NCBI RefSeq assembly: GCF_006345805.1
Contig: NW_021829806.1
Location: 1-5,915, forward strand
DNA: 5,915 nucleotides
Reading direction: 5' to 3'
Origin: Octopus sinensis
Taxonomy: Eukaryota
The notes under the pieces: generated by a model
Told to the model about the DNA's origin: nothing
Databases searched by the model: none
Seen by the model: only the letters and a program-made list of their open reading frames with translations
Shown: positions 4,983 through 5,915 of the stretch, piece after piece
How positions within the stretch are numbered: the stretch's first letter is position 1
Layout of the letters: every line of letters starts with the position of its first letter
Translations under genes and position numbers: made by a program

Positions 4983-5300
4983 CAGTGGCGATTCGACTCA
5001 GGTGCACGGGCTGTTCGGGCTTGCAGTTTTTGGCGGTCTCATTCGCGCCAGACACCAAGTTAGTATTTCTTAATAACCGAAAAAATACGATCGCGAACAT
5101 AAGCGGCCAAAATCGGGTTCTTCCGAAGGCTCTCTGGAATAACGTTACTCTACACGATGCATGGCTCGGAAATCTAGGAGTCTCTCCTGGTTGAGCTGCT
5201 GCTTTTCCAAAGTGAGAGGCCAAAGCTCCGGTACTAAGAATTTGTGGATAGAATTTTGCAGAAAAGAATCGCAAGACGGATTCGTCATGCCGAGCCATCC
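4983..5300 (+). mobile_element. Probable hAT-type DNA transposon end (one terminus plus subterminal region)
   Basis: Starts CAGTGGCG (typical hAT/Tip100-like terminus) right after the palindromic 8-mer TTATATAA (4975-4982, central TA). Subterminal CGGGC repeats (CACGGGCTGTTCGGGC). GC/CpG-rich relative to the flanks. No second TIR or second TSD copy is seen, and the right boundary is approximate. Confidence 0.4.
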
Positions 5301-5797
5301 AGCAGGAAATCTAGTGGGTAGATCAAGATTGATATGATTAGTTTCGGGTTCAGTCCCACTGCGTGGCACCTTGGGTATGTGTCTTCTAGTATAGGCTCAG
5401 GCCGAGTATAGCTTTGTGATCGGATTTGGTTGACGGAAACTGAAAGAAGCCCGTCGTATATGTGTGTGTGTTTCTCTGCCTGTATTTGACAATTGCTGTT
5501 GGTTTGTTTACGTCCCTGTTGTTTACGTATGCGTGTGTGTGTGTTTGTGTGTGTCTGTGTGTGTTTATATATATATATATCTATGTGCGTGTTTTTGTGT
5601 CTGTGTCTGCTTGACAATCGGTGCAGGTGTGTTTACGTCCCCGTGACTTGGCAGTTCGGCAAAAGAGAACCGATAGAATAAGTACTAGGCTTGCAAAGAA
5701 TAAGTCGATTTGTTCGACTGAAACCCTTTAGGGCGCTACTCCAGCATGGCCGCAGTCAAATGACTGAAACTATTAAAAGAAAAAAGAAAAAAAGAAT
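5301..5797 (+). mobile_element. Near-full-length composite SINE, family B: tRNA head, CORE-like centre, internal microsatellite, 3' module and A-rich tail
   Basis: CGGGTTCAGTCCCACTGCGTGGCACCTTGGGTATGTGTC (5345-5383), GGAAACTGAAAGAAGCCCGTCGTATA, (TG)/(TA) linker 5461-5605, TTGACAATCGGTGCAGGTGTGTTTACGTCCCCG, GAATAAGTAC, AGTCGA-TTTGT-TCGACT, CCAGCATGGCCGCAGTCAAATGACTGAAAC and an (A)nG tail at 5775-5796. The 5' head (5301-5344) is diverged, so its start is approximate. Confidence 0.8.
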
Positions 5798-5915
5798 AGT
5801 TTCCGTGGGCCACACTTGAGAATCTAAGCGAAAAGTGTAATGATGATTGCTTCTGAGAGGACCCTATGGAGGAATTTAACCATACGACTTTCTCTCCCAT
5901 GCTTAGAGAGCGGGA

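Noticed and set aside
4154-5681. ORFs overlapping SINEs and the hAT-like segment, including FLVPELWP in the 5145-5369 minus ORF
   Set aside because: These are chance read-throughs. The WP resembles Tc1 WPxxSPDLNP, but the SPDLNP motif and catalytic residues are absent.
5840-5856. Box C (ATGATGA) and box D (CTGA) motifs
   Set aside because: They are only 6 nt apart with no terminal stem. A distal D box is not visible before the window ends.

Overview
This is eukaryotic, repeat-dense non-coding DNA (intronic or intergenic), not prokaryotic. It is most likely from an octopus, inferred from the tRNA-derived SINE families and the dense (TG)n/(CA)n/(TA)n microsatellites. No protein-coding gene can be supported: the supplied ORFs are microsatellite translations (His-Thr or Cys-Val rich) or chance read-throughs of SINEs and unique sequence. 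The window holds about eight tRNA-derived SINE copies from several modular families, a probable lone Tc1/mariner-type terminus, a probable hAT-type terminus, a possible Penelope-associated repeat fragment and a weak candidate 3'-terminal exon at 121-260. The clearest structure is a nested SINE insertion at 1870-2497. It has an 18-bp target-site duplication, a templated 5' filler, an adjacent 11-bp micro-inversion and an exact 184-nt tandem duplication whose junction is self-complementary (GAAAT/ATTTC), which could reflect a circular or fold-back RNA template. A second SINE (1160-1348, minus strand) carries an interlocked pseudoknot or bistable module. I cannot establish a novel system from this window alone; these are testable leads.
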